Positions 37,440-47,856 of a stretch of 64,000 bases of DNA are shown here, in pieces (position 1 is the stretch's first letter; each line of letters begins with the position of its first letter). The translations under genes were made by a program, and so were the position numbers. Under the pieces are notes generated by a model. It had not been told where the DNA came from and did not search any database. It worked only from the letters and a program-made list of their open reading frames with translations. Origin of the DNA: Halorussus marinus (GTDB taxonomy: Archaea > Halobacteriota > Halobacteria > Halobacteriales > Haladaptataceae); contig NZ_SBIV01000005.1 of NCBI RefSeq assembly GCF_004765795.1, forward strand, positions 186,001 through 250,000, in the 5' to 3' direction.

Positions 37440-38597
37440 ATGAAGTACCTGTTCTTCACGAACACGCCGGCGCAGGTCCACCAGTACCGCAACGCGGTCG
37501 CGGAGCTCCGGGACCGCGGCCACGAGGTGCTGGTCCTCGCGCGGGAGTACGGCTGTACCGAATCGCTTCTCGACTACTACGACGTGCCCTACGAGCGCTA
37601 CGGGAGCGCCGAGACCGCGAAGTTCTCGCTGTTGCGCCAGCTCCCGAAACACTACGCCCGGATCGCGGTCGCGGCGCGGCGGTACGACCCCGACTGCGTC
37701 TTCGGTCGCGGGTCGTACGCCGCGCTGGCGGGGGCGGTCGCCCGCGCCCCGGTCGTCCTCGTCGACGACTCGGAGACGACCGACCTCGACCACGCCGTCT
37801 CGAAGCCGTTCACCGACGCCTTCCTCACGCCCCACACCTTCGAGAAGGACCTCGGCGAGAACCACTACGAGTTCCGCGGGTTCAAAGAGCTCGCCTACCT
37901 CCACCCCGAGACCTACGAGCCCCAGACCGACATCCGCGAGGCGCTCGGGGTCGGCGACGACGAGCCGTACGTCCTCGTCCGGCTCAACGCCTTCGGCTCG
38001 CACCACGACGTGGGCCGCGAGGGGTTCGGCCCCGACCAGCGCCGGCGACTCGTCGAGGCGCTCGCCGAGCGCGCGACGGTGTTCGTCTCCGACGAGGGCG
38101 GCGAGATGGACCTCGCCGAGACTCCGGCCCGCCCGTACGACCTCCACCCAGCCCTGCTCCACGACGCGCTCGCGGAGGCCGACCTGCTGGTCGCCGACAC
38201 CCAGACGATGGTGACCGAGGCCGCCCTGCTCGGGACGCCGGCGATCCGATCGAACTCCTTCGTCGGCGACGACGACATGGGGAACTTCGTCGACCTCGAA
38301 CGCCACGGGCTCGTCTACAACCTCCGGGAGTTCGACGCGGTGCTGGCGGCCGCCACCGACCTGCTCGACGACCCCGACACGGCCGCGCGCTGGCGGCGGA
38401 TCCGCGACGACTACCTCGAAGACAAGGTGAACCTCACCGCGATCGTGGTCGGCGTCGCCGAGAACCTCGATCGGCTCGAGACGGCCGCGGTCGGCGGACT
38501 GGAGCGGGTCGGGGACCTGACCCACCGCGGCGGCGCCCGCGAGAGCCCGCTCCCGTTCGACCCCGAGCGGGTCCGAAGCGACGGTGGCGAGCGATGA
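37440..38597 (+). CDS. DUF354 family GT-B-fold protein
   Basis: NTPAQVHQY, KELAYLHP, SHHDVG, QTMVTEAALLGTPAI. Confidence 0.85.
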   Translation: MKYLFFTNTPAQVHQYRNAVAELRDRGHEVLVLAREYGCTESLLDYYDVPYERYGSAETAKFSLLRQLPKHYARIAVAARRYDPDCVFGRGSYAALAGAVARAPVVLVDDSETTDLDHAVSKPFTDAFLTPHTFEKDLGENHYEFRGFKELAYLHPETYEPQTDIREALGVGDDEPYVLVRLNAFGSHHDVGREGFGPDQRRRLVEALAERATVFVSDEGGEMDLAETPARPYDLHPALLHDALAEADLLVADTQTMVTEAALLGTPAIRSNSFVGDDDMGNFVDLERHGLVYNLREFDAVLAAATDLLDDPDTAARWRRIRDDYLEDKVNLTAIVVGVAENLDRLETAAVGGLERVGDLTHRGGARESPLPFDPERVRSDGGER

Positions 38598-39520
38598 ACG
38601 TCCTCAACCTCGTCTCGAACGCCGACGCCCGGTTTTTCGAACAGCAGACCGCGGCGCTCGAAGCCCGGGGCGTCGACTGCGAGGTGACGACGCCGCCGGG
38701 CGACCACCGCGCACGCGAGGACGTGACCGAGCGGTCGCCGGCCGACTACCTCCGGTTCGTCCCGCTGGCGGTCCGGGAGTCGCTCGACGGCTACGACCTC
38801 GTCCACGCGAACTACGGGCTGACCGCGCCGATGGCGCTCGCGCAGGTCCGTCTCCCGGTGGTGCTCTCGCTGTGGGGCACGGACCTGATGGGCGAGTACG
38901 GCTGGCTCTCGAAGGCCTGTGCGCGGTTCTGCGACGCGGTCATCGTGATGACCGACGAGATGGCCCGGGAGCTCGAGGCGCCGTGCTACGTGATCCCCCA
39001 CGGCGTCGACACCGACCGGTTCGCCCCCGAACCGACCGCGGCGGCGCGCGAGGCGGTCGGCTGGGACCGGGACGCCCGACACGTCCTCTTCCCGTACCCG
39101 CCCTCCGACGACGTGAAGGATCTGCCCCGCGCCGAGCGCGTCGTCGAGCGCGCGAGCGACCGGGTCGACGCCCCCGTGGAGTTGCAGGTGGTGTACGGCG
39201 TCCCCCACGCGGAGGTGGCGACCTACATGAACGCCGCCGACGCCCTGCTGTTGACCTCGAAGCGCGAGGGCTCGCCCAACGCGGTCAAGGAGGCGATGAG
39301 CTGTAACCTCCCGGTCGTCTCGACCGACGTGGGCGACGTGCGCGAGCGCCTCGACGGCGTCTCGCCGGCGACGGTCAGCGACGCAGACGAGGAACTGATC
39401 GCGGGACTGGCCGACGTCCTCGCGAACCCGCGGCCCTCCGACGGCCGAGCGGCGGCGCGCGAGATCAGCCTCGAACGCATGGGCGAGCGCATCGAGACCG
39501 TCTACGAGTCGGTGCTGTAG
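38594..39520 (+). CDS. Glycosyltransferase family 4
   Basis: HANYG, EGSPNAVKEAMSCNLPVVSTDVGD. Confidence 0.9.
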   Translation: MNVLNLVSNADARFFEQQTAALEARGVDCEVTTPPGDHRAREDVTERSPADYLRFVPLAVRESLDGYDLVHANYGLTAPMALAQVRLPVVLSLWGTDLMGEYGWLSKACARFCDAVIVMTDEMARELEAPCYVIPHGVDTDRFAPEPTAAAREAVGWDRDARHVLFPYPPSDDVKDLPRAERVVERASDRVDAPVELQVVYGVPHAEVATYMNAADALLLTSKREGSPNAVKEAMSCNLPVVSTDVGDVRERLDGVSPATVSDADEELIAGLADVLANPRPSDGRAAAREISLERMGERIETVYESVL

Positions 39521-39672
39521 CCGGGCGGACGCCCCCCGGGCCTCGACGAGCGCCGCGGCGACGCCGCCGACCGTTCTACCGAACATATTTATACCGTAAA
39601 TGGTATTCTTGGGACGACTGAAACGAAGCGAGACACGGACCGTTCGCCGACCGACACGCTGTTCGACCCACT

Positions 39673-40290
39673 ATGACCGAGCTACTCGACGACTGGACTC
39701 CCGACGAAGCGGCCACGCGCATGGCCGATCAACTCTGTGCGGGGTTTCGGGCGCACGATCGCGGGGACCGCGAGGAGGCGATCGAGGCCTTCTGGACGGT
39801 CGACTCGCGACAGTTCCCGCACCTCGACAGAGAGACCGCCCGCCGCGCCGCGGTCGCGTACGTCGACGCCCTCTGGGCGAAAGACGAGATCGAACGCGCC
39901 CACTCAGACGGCGAAGCGATAGACCGGTCGTCGCTGGCCGACGCCGACTGGCAGCCGGTCTACTCGCGATTTCGCGATCGGGCCTCGATCGCCGGGATCG
40001 ACCCGACGTACGCCGACGCGAGCACGCGCGCCTGGAAGAACCACAAGATCGGCGGCGACTACTGGACGCCGATCCAGCGCGCCCAGATGTACGAGCTCCG
40101 GGCGGCGATCGGAGACCCCGAGTACCCCCACAAGCCACGCCACGGCCAGTCGGGGTTCGGTCCAGAACCCAGCCGGTACGCGCTGGCTGTCGAACTCCAC
40201 GACATGCACTCGGCGGACCGCTGGAGACAGGCAAAGCGGACGATGGTGCCGTACTTCGAGCGGATACTGAGGGGCCACGACGATGTCTGA
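39673..40290 (+). CDS. Hypothetical helical protein coupled to a sensor kinase
   Basis: 205 aa; overlaps the next gene by 8 bp. Confidence 0.7.
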   Translation: MTELLDDWTPDEAATRMADQLCAGFRAHDRGDREEAIEAFWTVDSRQFPHLDRETARRAAVAYVDALWAKDEIERAHSDGEAIDRSSLADADWQPVYSRFRDRASIAGIDPTYADASTRAWKNHKIGGDYWTPIQRAQMYELRAAIGDPEYPHKPRHGQSGFGPEPSRYALAVELHDMHSADRWRQAKRTMVPYFERILRGHDDV

Positions 40291-41797
40291 GTTCACGTCC
40301 TCGCCGGGCGAGCGCGATACGGACGGCGCCGAGCCGTCGGCCCAGGACGACCCGATCGCGATCCTCGTGGTCGACGACGACGAAGACCTCGCGGAGCTGA
40401 CCGCGACGTACCTCGAACGCGCCCGAGACGACTTCGACGTCGGGACCGAGACCGGGGTCGCTCCGGCGCTCGATCGACTCGAAGACGACCGGATCGACTG
40501 CGTGGTCAGCGACTACGACATGCCCGGGATGGACGGGCTGACGTTCCTCGACGCGGTCCGGGACCGATACCCCGACCTCCCGTTCGTGCTGTTCACGGGC
40601 AAGGGAAACGAGGAGATCGCCTCGGAAGCCATCTCGGCCGGCGTGACCGACTACCTCCAGAAGGGGTCGGACACCGGTCAGTACTCGGTGCTGGCGAACC
40701 GCATCGCCAACGCCGTCGAGCAGTACCGGGCGAAGCGGGCGGTCGAACACACCCGCAAGCGGTTCGACAAGCTGGTGCACAACTCCACCGACGTCATCTC
40801 GATCATCAGCGCCGACGCCCGGTTCGAGTACCTCTCGCCGTCGGCCGAGCGAATCCTGGGCTACGACCCCGAGGAGATGGTCGGCGAGTACATCTTCGAC
40901 TACGCCCACCCGGAGGACCGCCAGCAGGCGATGGAGCGGTTCTTCGAGTCGGTCCAGGACCCCGACCAGCGCCCGGTGGTCCAGTTTCGGTTCAAACACC
41001 CCGACGGCTCGTGGCCGGTGCTCGAATCCCGGGGTCGGAACCTCCTCGACGACCCCCACATCGAGGGGTTCGTGGTCAACAGCCGGGACATCACCGAGCG
41101 CAAGCGACGCGAGGAGGAGCTCCAGCGCCACAACGAGCAGTTAGAGGAGATCACGAGCGTCATCTCCCACGACCTCCGCAACCCCCTGAACGTGGCCCAA
41201 GGGTCGCTCGACATGGCGCGCGAGACGGGCGACGACGACCACTTCGACCGGATCGACCGATCGCTCCGGCGGATCGACGAGATCATCGACGACGTGCTCA
41301 CGCTGGCCCGCCAGAGCCGGGACGACCCCGAGACCGAGGCGGTGTCGCTCACGTCGGTCGCGGAGTCGGCGTGGGAGATGGTCGACACCGGCGACGCCGA
41401 CCTCCGGATCGAGGAGTCGGCCGGCCTCGAAGCCGACGAGAGCCGGACCCAACAGCTACTCGAAAATCTCTTTTCGAACGCGATCGAGCACGCCGCCGAC
41501 GACGGCGACGTGACGGTCCGAGTGGGACTGCTCGACGCCGGGACCGGGCGGTGCGACGACGCGCCCGCTCCGGTCGGTCGGGGGTTCTACGTCGCCGACG
41601 ACGGCCGCGGAATCCCGGCCGACGACCGCGAGGCCGTGTTCGAGTCGGGGTACTCGACCGGCGAGTCAGGCACCGGGTTCGGGCTCGCGATCGTCAAGCA
41701 GATCGCCGCGGCTCACGGCTGGGACATCTCGCTGACCGACAGCACCGACGGCGGCGCGCGCTTCGAGTTCTCCGGGGTCGAACCCGCCGACGAGTAG
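40283..41797 (+). CDS. Hybrid REC-PAS histidine kinase
   Basis: VVDDD..DYDMPGMDG, PAS (HPEDR), SHDLRNPL, ENLFSNA, DDGRG, GTGFGL. Confidence 0.93.
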   Translation: MSEFTSSPGERDTDGAEPSAQDDPIAILVVDDDEDLAELTATYLERARDDFDVGTETGVAPALDRLEDDRIDCVVSDYDMPGMDGLTFLDAVRDRYPDLPFVLFTGKGNEEIASEAISAGVTDYLQKGSDTGQYSVLANRIANAVEQYRAKRAVEHTRKRFDKLVHNSTDVISIISADARFEYLSPSAERILGYDPEEMVGEYIFDYAHPEDRQQAMERFFESVQDPDQRPVVQFRFKHPDGSWPVLESRGRNLLDDPHIEGFVVNSRDITERKRREEELQRHNEQLEEITSVISHDLRNPLNVAQGSLDMARETGDDDHFDRIDRSLRRIDEIIDDVLTLARQSRDDPETEAVSLTSVAESAWEMVDTGDADLRIEESAGLEADESRTQQLLENLFSNAIEHAADDGDVTVRVGLLDAGTGRCDDAPAPVGRGFYVADDGRGIPADDREAVFESGYSTGESGTGFGLAIVKQIAAAHGWDISLTDSTDGGARFEFSGVEPADE

Positions 41798-42004
41798 CCG
41801 TTAGCCCGGGATTGTGGGCGGCGTACGCGCCACCAACCGCGGTCGACGAACCGACTCCTTTGCTCGACGAGCCGACGCTGTCCCCGTAGGGTGAGCCGCA
41901 CCCAAGCCGCACGGTCGGCTTATACCGGCACAGACGCCGTCTACCCGACGTATAGGGGATGGAGAACAAAGGGACCGGAAACGGACCAATAACGCGAACA
42001 AATC

Positions 42005-42781
42005 ATGAGTTTCCAGGTCCCGGAGGACGGGCGCGTGGCGCCGGCCGCCGACGCCGCCGACTCCCTCGCTACCGACCGAGTGGTCGTCGGCGTGCCGGCG
42101 TACAACGAGGAGAACGCGGTCGGAAGCACCGTCCTCGGCGTCCAGCGATACGCCGACGACGTGGTGGTCGTCGACGACGGAAGCACGGATCGGACGCCCG
42201 AACTTCTCGACCAGACCGACGCGACGGTGCTCCGCCACGACCGGAATCGCGGGAAGGGAGCCGCGATCCGGACGCTGTTCGAACACGTCGGGTCCCTCGA
42301 ATGCGACGTGCTGGTCGTGCTCGACGCCGACGGCCAGCACGACCCCGCCGACATCCCGTCGCTCGCCGAGCCGGTGGTCGAGGGCGAGGCCGACATGGTG
42401 ATCGGGAGCCGGTATCTCGCCCCGGAGGACGTCGACGAGACGCCGGTCTACCGCCGGGTCGGGCAGGTCGTCCTCGACTACTGTACCACGCAGGTGACCG
42501 GCACCGAGCTGACCGACACCCAGAGCGGCTTTCGAGCGTTCTCGCCCGAGGCCCTCGAGCGCCTCTCGCTGACGACCGACGGGATGGGCGTCGAGTCCGA
42601 GATGATCGACTCCGCGACCAGCGAGGGGCTGGCGATGACCGAGCGCGCAATCGACGCCCGCTACGAGGACCTCGAAGGACAGACGTACAACCCCGTCAAG
42701 CACGGCCTCGCCGTGATGGTGTTTCTCGCGCGCCTCGCGCGGCGACGCCGTCCCAGCGCCTCCCGCTCGGGGAGGAACTGA
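42005..42781 (+). CDS. Glycosyltransferase family 2 (DPM1-like)
   Basis: PAYNEE, VDDGSTD, DADGQH, DTQSGFRAF. Confidence 0.9.
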   Translation: MSFQVPEDGRVAPAADAADSLATDRVVVGVPAYNEENAVGSTVLGVQRYADDVVVVDDGSTDRTPELLDQTDATVLRHDRNRGKGAAIRTLFEHVGSLECDVLVVLDADGQHDPADIPSLAEPVVEGEADMVIGSRYLAPEDVDETPVYRRVGQVVLDYCTTQVTGTELTDTQSGFRAFSPEALERLSLTTDGMGVESEMIDSATSEGLAMTERAIDARYEDLEGQTYNPVKHGLAVMVFLARLARRRRPSASRSGRN

Positions 42782-42785
42782 TACC

Positions 42786-43001
42786 ATGACTCTGGAACTC
42801 CCCACCGACATCAGCGACCGCTACGAACTGCTCGCCGACGACCTCGATGGCTTCGACGACGCCGAGTCGCTCGCCCGATACGTCCTTGACGGCGCGGCCG
42901 CCGAGCTCGAACGGGGCGACGGCGTCGGCGACGCCGCCGACAGCGCCGACGACGGCGTGGTCGAAGACCGCCTCGAACAGCTTGGCTACCTCGAAAAATG
43001 A
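42786..43001 (+). CDS. Small acidic protein ending in EDRLEQLGYL
   Basis: 71 aa; overlaps the next gene. Confidence 0.7.
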   Translation: MTLELPTDISDRYELLADDLDGFDDAESLARYVLDGAAAELERGDGVGDAADSADDGVVEDRLEQLGYLEK

Positions 43002-44635
43002 CCGGCTCGGTCTACGTCTTCGGGCTCGACGGCGTGCCCCCCGAACTGGTCGAGCGCGGCATCGACGCCGGCCGACTGCCGAGCTTCGCGCGGATGGCCG
43101 AGGAGGGCACCGACGGCACCACGCGCTCGACGGTGCCGCCGCTGTCGATGATCGCGTGGAGCTCGTTCGCCACCGGGCGCAACCCCGGCAACCACGGCGT
43201 CTACAACTTCATGCTCAAGGGCGAGGGCGAGTACGGCACCGAGTTCGTCAACGCCGACACCCTCCGCGAGCAGTCGGTCCCCGTCTGGGAGTACCTCGAC
43301 GCCGAGGGCCGACGGTCGGGCGTGATGAACGTGATGCCGGGGTACCCGCCCTCCGAGACCGCCGGGTTCCACATCTCGGACAACATCACCACGCCCTCGA
43401 CGGGGTCGTACGCGTTCCCCGAGGAGTTGCAGACCGACATCGAAGAGCGGGTCGGCGGCTACGACATCGACCCCTACGAGGGGTACGACGACGGCACCGA
43501 CGAGGACAGCCTCCGGGGACTGCTCGACAACTTCTTCGAGATCGAGCGCAACCGGATCGAGGTGGCGAAGCTACTGGTCGCCGAGTACCCCTGTGAGTTC
43601 TACTCGCTGGTGTTTCAGGGCCCGGACAACGTCCTCCACGTCCTCGGCCACGTCCTCGACGAAACCCACCCCAAGCACGATCCCGAACTCGCCGAGCGCT
43701 ACGGCGACAAGCCGATGGAACTGCTCGAGCTGTACGACGAGTTCGTCGGGTGGGTGATGGACCGGATCGACGAGGAGGACGCCCTGATGGTGCTTTCGGA
43801 CCACGGTCACGGCCCGATCTACCGGACGATCAACCTCAACTCCTGGCTCTATCAGGCCGGCTACCTCGACCTCGAATCGCGGCCGTGGACCCGGCTCAAG
43901 CAGTTCGGCTACAACCACGTCTACGACGCGGTCGAGTCGGTGATGAGCGACCTCAACCTCTTCTCGAAGCTCAAGATGGGGGTCGCTCGGACCAGCGGCG
44001 ACGGCGCCGGCCCGGACCTCGCCGAGTTGCTCACCATCTCTCGGAAGGACGTCGACTGGAGCCAGACGGCGGCGTTCACCGTCGCCAGCGGCGGCCAGAT
44101 CTACCTCAACACCGACGACCACGACGAGGGCGCGATCCCGCCGGGACGGTACGAGGCGGTGCGCGAGCGTCTGCGGGAGGAACTGCTCGCGATCGAACAC
44201 CCCGAGCGCGGCGACCGGGTGATCGACTCGGTGCTGTACGGCGAGGACGTCTACGGCGACGAGTACGACGCCACCCGGCCCGATCTGGTCTGCATGCCCG
44301 CGCCGGGCTACCAGATCCAGTATCCCCAGACGATGAAGACCGACCGGGTGTTCGGCGAGCCGCCAAAGACCGGCTCGCACACCTCGATGAACGAGATGCA
44401 GGGGATCTTCTACGCGTGGGGCGGGCCCGCCAGAGACGAGTCGGGCGTGACGGTCGAGCTCCCCGACTTCGCGCCGACGGCCTGTTCGCTACTCGACGTG
44501 CCGGTCCCCGAGGAGATGGACGGGAGCGTCCGGCGGGACGTCTTCGACGTGCGGGGCGAACGCGGGCGCCTCGACGGCAGAGTCGAGGCCAAGCGCGCGG
44601 TCCGGTCGGTCGTCGGCGACCTCTCGGCCGACTGA
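42998..44635 (+). CDS. Alkaline phosphatase superfamily (type I phosphodiesterase-like) protein
   Basis: GLDG, STVPPLS..AWSSFATGRNPG.HG, SDHG. Confidence 0.88.
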   Translation: MTGSVYVFGLDGVPPELVERGIDAGRLPSFARMAEEGTDGTTRSTVPPLSMIAWSSFATGRNPGNHGVYNFMLKGEGEYGTEFVNADTLREQSVPVWEYLDAEGRRSGVMNVMPGYPPSETAGFHISDNITTPSTGSYAFPEELQTDIEERVGGYDIDPYEGYDDGTDEDSLRGLLDNFFEIERNRIEVAKLLVAEYPCEFYSLVFQGPDNVLHVLGHVLDETHPKHDPELAERYGDKPMELLELYDEFVGWVMDRIDEEDALMVLSDHGHGPIYRTINLNSWLYQAGYLDLESRPWTRLKQFGYNHVYDAVESVMSDLNLFSKLKMGVARTSGDGAGPDLAELLTISRKDVDWSQTAAFTVASGGQIYLNTDDHDEGAIPPGRYEAVRERLREELLAIEHPERGDRVIDSVLYGEDVYGDEYDATRPDLVCMPAPGYQIQYPQTMKTDRVFGEPPKTGSHTSMNEMQGIFYAWGGPARDESGVTVELPDFAPTACSLLDVPVPEEMDGSVRRDVFDVRGERGRLDGRVEAKRAVRSVVGDLSAD

Positions 44636-44700
44636 ATCGGCCGCTTCCCGGGCGGTCGGAAACGTAATGGGCCTCCCCCACAGCCTGAGAGACGAACGAC

Positions 44701-44904
44701 ATGTCTGGGCTCTACCGCCGCCTCGACGAGTGGACCCGCGCCCGGTCGCGCCTCGAGTACGCCCTGCTGGCCGGCGTCATCACCGCGATGACGGCGCTGG
44801 CGGTCGGCGCGGTGCTCGGCGAACCGACGGCGGTCGAGGCCGTCACGCTGGGCGCGACGATGACCGTCGTCTACTACGCGTTCGATCCGAACCGGACGGG
44901 CTGA
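44701..44904 (+). CDS. Small membrane protein
   Basis: 67 aa, two hydrophobic helices. Confidence 0.6.
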   Translation: MSGLYRRLDEWTRARSRLEYALLAGVITAMTALAVGAVLGEPTAVEAVTLGATMTVVYYAFDPNRTG

Positions 44905-44928
44905 GCCCCGATCGCGGCCGAAATCGGG

Positions 44929-45936
44929 TCACTCCAGTTCGACCGCGACGCGTTCGCCCCTCCGCGCCGACTCGTAGGCGGCCTCGGTCAGCGCGGTCAC
45001 CGCCAGCGCGTCCCGGGCGGTCGCGGGCGGCGTCTCGCCGGTCTCGACGCAGTCGACGAACGCCTCGGCCTTGTCGCGGCGCTGGTCGCGGTCGACGTAC
45101 GGGAGCACCGTCGTGCTGTCGGACTCGACGCGGCTGATCTCGCGGGGCTCCCACTGGCGGCCTTCGAGGTACACCGCGCCCTCCTCGTCCCAGACGTGGA
45201 CGTGCTCTCGGACGCAGGGCGCGTCGCTGTGGACCGCGATGGTGCCGTGGGCGCCGTTGTGAAACTCCACGGTCAGGATGGCCCGCTCGTCGATCCGCGA
45301 GGCCTCGTCGGCGAACACCATCTCGGCGCTGACCGCCTCGGGGACCAGCCCCGTCGTCCAGAGCACGCCGTCGACGAGGTGGCTTCCGGTGTCGTAGAGG
45401 TTCCCGCCGCCCGAGAGGTCCGGATCGGTCCGCCACTCGTCGGCGAACCGGGAGATCCAGTCCTGAGTGATCTCGGCGCTCACGTAGTCGGGGTCGAGAT
45501 CGCCCGCCCACCGCTCGCGGGCCCGGATGAACGCGGGGTTGAGGTGGCGCTGGTAGCCGACCATCAGCACGCGGTCGCTCGACTCGGCGCGGTCGGCGAG
45601 TTCGCGGGCGTCGTCGAGGTCGGTCGCGAGCGGCTTGTCACAGAAGACGTGGAGTCCCCGGTCCATCGCCGCCGTGACCTGCTCGTAGTGGAGCGTGTGG
45701 GGCGTGCCGACGAGCACCGCGTCGAGGCGCTCGGTGTCGAGCATCTCGGCGTAGTCGTGGTACTGCGATCCCTCGCCGACGTGGAGGCTCTCGCCCGCGG
45801 TGTGGCGGGTCTCCGGGTCGATGTCGGCCAGCGCGGTCACCGCCGCGCGCGGATGCTGATTGAACTGCCGTCCCACCGTGGTGCCGATGTAGCCGCCGCC
45901 GATAGCGCCGACTCTGAGCACGTCCGAGTTCGACAT
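44929..45936 (-). CDS. Gfo/Idh/MocA oxidoreductase
   Basis: IGGGYIG, TPHTLH, CDKP, GGGNLYDTGSH. Confidence 0.9.
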   Translation of the reverse strand: MSNSDVLRVGAIGGGYIGTTVGRQFNQHPRAAVTALADIDPETRHTAGESLHVGEGSQYHDYAEMLDTERLDAVLVGTPHTLHYEQVTAAMDRGLHVFCDKPLATDLDDARELADRAESSDRVLMVGYQRHLNPAFIRARERWAGDLDPDYVSAEITQDWISRFADEWRTDPDLSGGGNLYDTGSHLVDGVLWTTGLVPEAVSAEMVFADEASRIDERAILTVEFHNGAHGTIAVHSDAPCVREHVHVWDEEGAVYLEGRQWEPREISRVESDSTTVLPYVDRDQRRDKAEAFVDCVETGETPPATARDALAVTALTEAAYESARRGERVAVELE

Positions 45937-46020
45937 GGGGACAGCGACAACAACCCGAGTGGTAACTGCTTCGGCGAGGCGGTTCGGCCGGCCGGTCGCC
46001 GGCGGGGCCCGCCTCGGGAC

Positions 46021-46530
46021 TCACTCCTCGACGAAGCCGTCGACCAGACGGGTGAACCGATCGACCAGTCGCTCCGGTAGCGAGGGCGTGATCTCGGCGA
46101 GCAGGTCGGCGGTCGCCCCGGGCCGGGCGAGTTCGAGGAACACGCGGCCGTTCTCGCGGCGCTTCTCGACCAGATCGGCCGCGACGAGGTTGTCGAGGTG
46201 CCACTCGACGGTGCTCCGGGCGAGGTCGAGGTCGGCCGCGAGAGCCGCGGGCGTCGTCTCGCCCGCCGCGAGCAGGTGCGCGAGCACGTCCCGGGCGGTC
46301 TCCCGGCGGAACATCGCGAGCGCGGTCCGCTCCCAGTCGCCGTACCCCGGCGGGTAGTAGTGGGTCCGGCCGTTGATCTCCTCGGCGACGACCGACTCGG
46401 CGTCCCGGAGCCGGCGGAGGTGGTACTGGACCTGTCCCGGCGCGAGGTCGAGGCCGCGGACCACCGCGTTGAAGTGGACGCCGGGGTTGGCTCGGACGTG
46501 GTCGGCGATCGTCCGGCGGGTCGCGTTCAC
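46021..46530 (-). CDS. Double winged-HTH transcription regulator
   Basis: GTG start; NPGVHF...QVQYHL; LARSTVEWHL. Confidence 0.85.
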   Translation of the reverse strand: MNATRRTIADHVRANPGVHFNAVVRGLDLAPGQVQYHLRRLRDAESVVAEEINGRTHYYPPGYGDWERTALAMFRRETARDVLAHLLAAGETTPAALAADLDLARSTVEWHLDNLVAADLVEKRRENGRVFLELARPGATADLLAEITPSLPERLVDRFTRLVDGFVEE

Positions 46531-46892
46531 GACTCCCCACCCCGCGAGCCGTCGTCGCGGGCCGCCTTCCGGACGCTCCGGGCGTCGTACACCGCGGCGA
46601 TCACGAGCGCGGCCATCGCGGCGTCGAGACCGTGTTCGAGGACGTGGTGGGACTCGGCGCCGACCGCGCCGGCGGCCGACAGCGCGGCCACCCCGGTCCG
46701 AGCGAGGAGCGTCGAGAGCGCGAGCGCGACCAGCAGGTACGACCGCGAGCGCCGCCGGACGAGCGCGGCCAGCGCCAGCGCGAGCACCAGCGTCGACCCG
46801 AGCGCCGCGAGGCCGAGCAGGACGATCAGTTCCGGCGACGGCCCGCCGCCGGCGTGGGCGACCACGAGCGTCCACTCGTCGGCGAACGTCAT
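46527..46892 (-). CDS. Small membrane protein with HHxxEH motif (possible sensor partner of the HTH gene)
   Basis: 3 TM segments, SHHVLEHGLD; overlaps the HTH gene. Confidence 0.7.
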   Translation of the reverse strand: MTFADEWTLVVAHAGGGPSPELIVLLGLAALGSTLVLALALAALVRRRSRSYLLVALALSTLLARTGVAALSAAGAVGAESHHVLEHGLDAAMAALVIAAVYDARSVRKAARDDGSRGGES

Positions 46893-46961
46893 GCACGACC
46901 GTTCGGACCGCGATCGTTTACCCGTTCCGGGTCCGGGCGCGAGACAGCGGAAACGCCGGGG

Positions 46962-47102
46962 TCACGCGAGCCGCGGGTCCGGGGGCTCGATCTCGGTTCC
47001 ACACCGGGGACAGACGTACCGACGGCCGTCGCCCGCCGCGAACCGCCGGGTCGGACCGACGTACCAGCAGTCGGGACACCGCCGGACTGGGAGTCTGAGC
47101 AT
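46962..47102 (-). CDS. CPxCG-type zinc-finger microprotein
   Basis: MLRLPVRRCPDC...YVCPRCGTEI, 46 aa. Confidence 0.6.
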   Translation of the reverse strand: MLRLPVRRCPDCWYVGPTRRFAAGDGRRYVCPRCGTEIEPPDPRLA

Positions 47103-47276
47103 CCGTCTCCGTCGACGCGGCCGACGCCCAAAACCCCGTCGCCGACCGGGGAAGACACCGGAAACGGCGGTGTGGCTGGAGACGGAAATCGGGGACGCCG
47201 GCCGGAGCCTGAGAGAAAGCGGCAGGACCGGCCGGCCCGGCGAACACTTACCTGACTGGTCGGCGAAAGCGGTGGT

Positions 47277-47834
47277 ATGCCGAAAGTCGCAATCATCGGC
47301 GGCGGCCCCGCCGGACTGAGCGCCGGACTGTTCACCGCGAAAAACGACCTCGACACCGTCGTGTTCGACACCGACGAGACGTGGATGCACAAGGCCCACC
47401 TGTTCAACTACCTCGGGATCGAGTCGATCGACGGCACCGAGTTCACCGAACAGAGCCGCGAGCAGGTCGAGGGGTTCGGCGCGGACCTCCGGGTCGGCGA
47501 GGAAGTCACCGCCGTCGAGGCCGACGGCGAGGGCTTTGCGGTCACCACCGACGACGGCGAGTACGACGCCGAGTACGTGATCTTCGCCACCGGAACCGAC
47601 GCCGACCTGCTCGAAGACCTCGGCGCGGCGTTCACCGACGAGGACCTCGTGGACGTCGACCTCTCGATGGAGACCAGCGTCGAGAACGCCTACGCCACCG
47701 GCGCGCTGATCCGGAATCAGGAGTGGCAGGCGGTCATCTCCGCCGGCGACGGTGGCGCGGCCGCGCTCGACATCCTGAGCAACGAGAAGGGCGAACACTA
47801 CCACGACTTCGACACGCCCGCCGACGCGGAGTGA
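47277..47834 (+). CDS. Short FAD-dependent TrxB-like oxidoreductase
   Basis: IIGGGPAGLSA, IFATG, ETSVENAYATG, QAVISAGDG. Confidence 0.85.
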   Translation: MPKVAIIGGGPAGLSAGLFTAKNDLDTVVFDTDETWMHKAHLFNYLGIESIDGTEFTEQSREQVEGFGADLRVGEEVTAVEADGEGFAVTTDDGEYDAEYVIFATGTDADLLEDLGAAFTDEDLVDVDLSMETSVENAYATGALIRNQEWQAVISAGDGGAAALDILSNEKGEHYHDFDTPADAE

Positions 47835-47856
47835 GAGCGGCCTCCGATCCCGGAAC

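Noticed and set aside
47277..47834. Truncated thioredoxin reductase pseudogene
   Set aside because: Both N- and C-terminal FAD motifs are intact with a clean internal domain absence, consistent with a short-form family.
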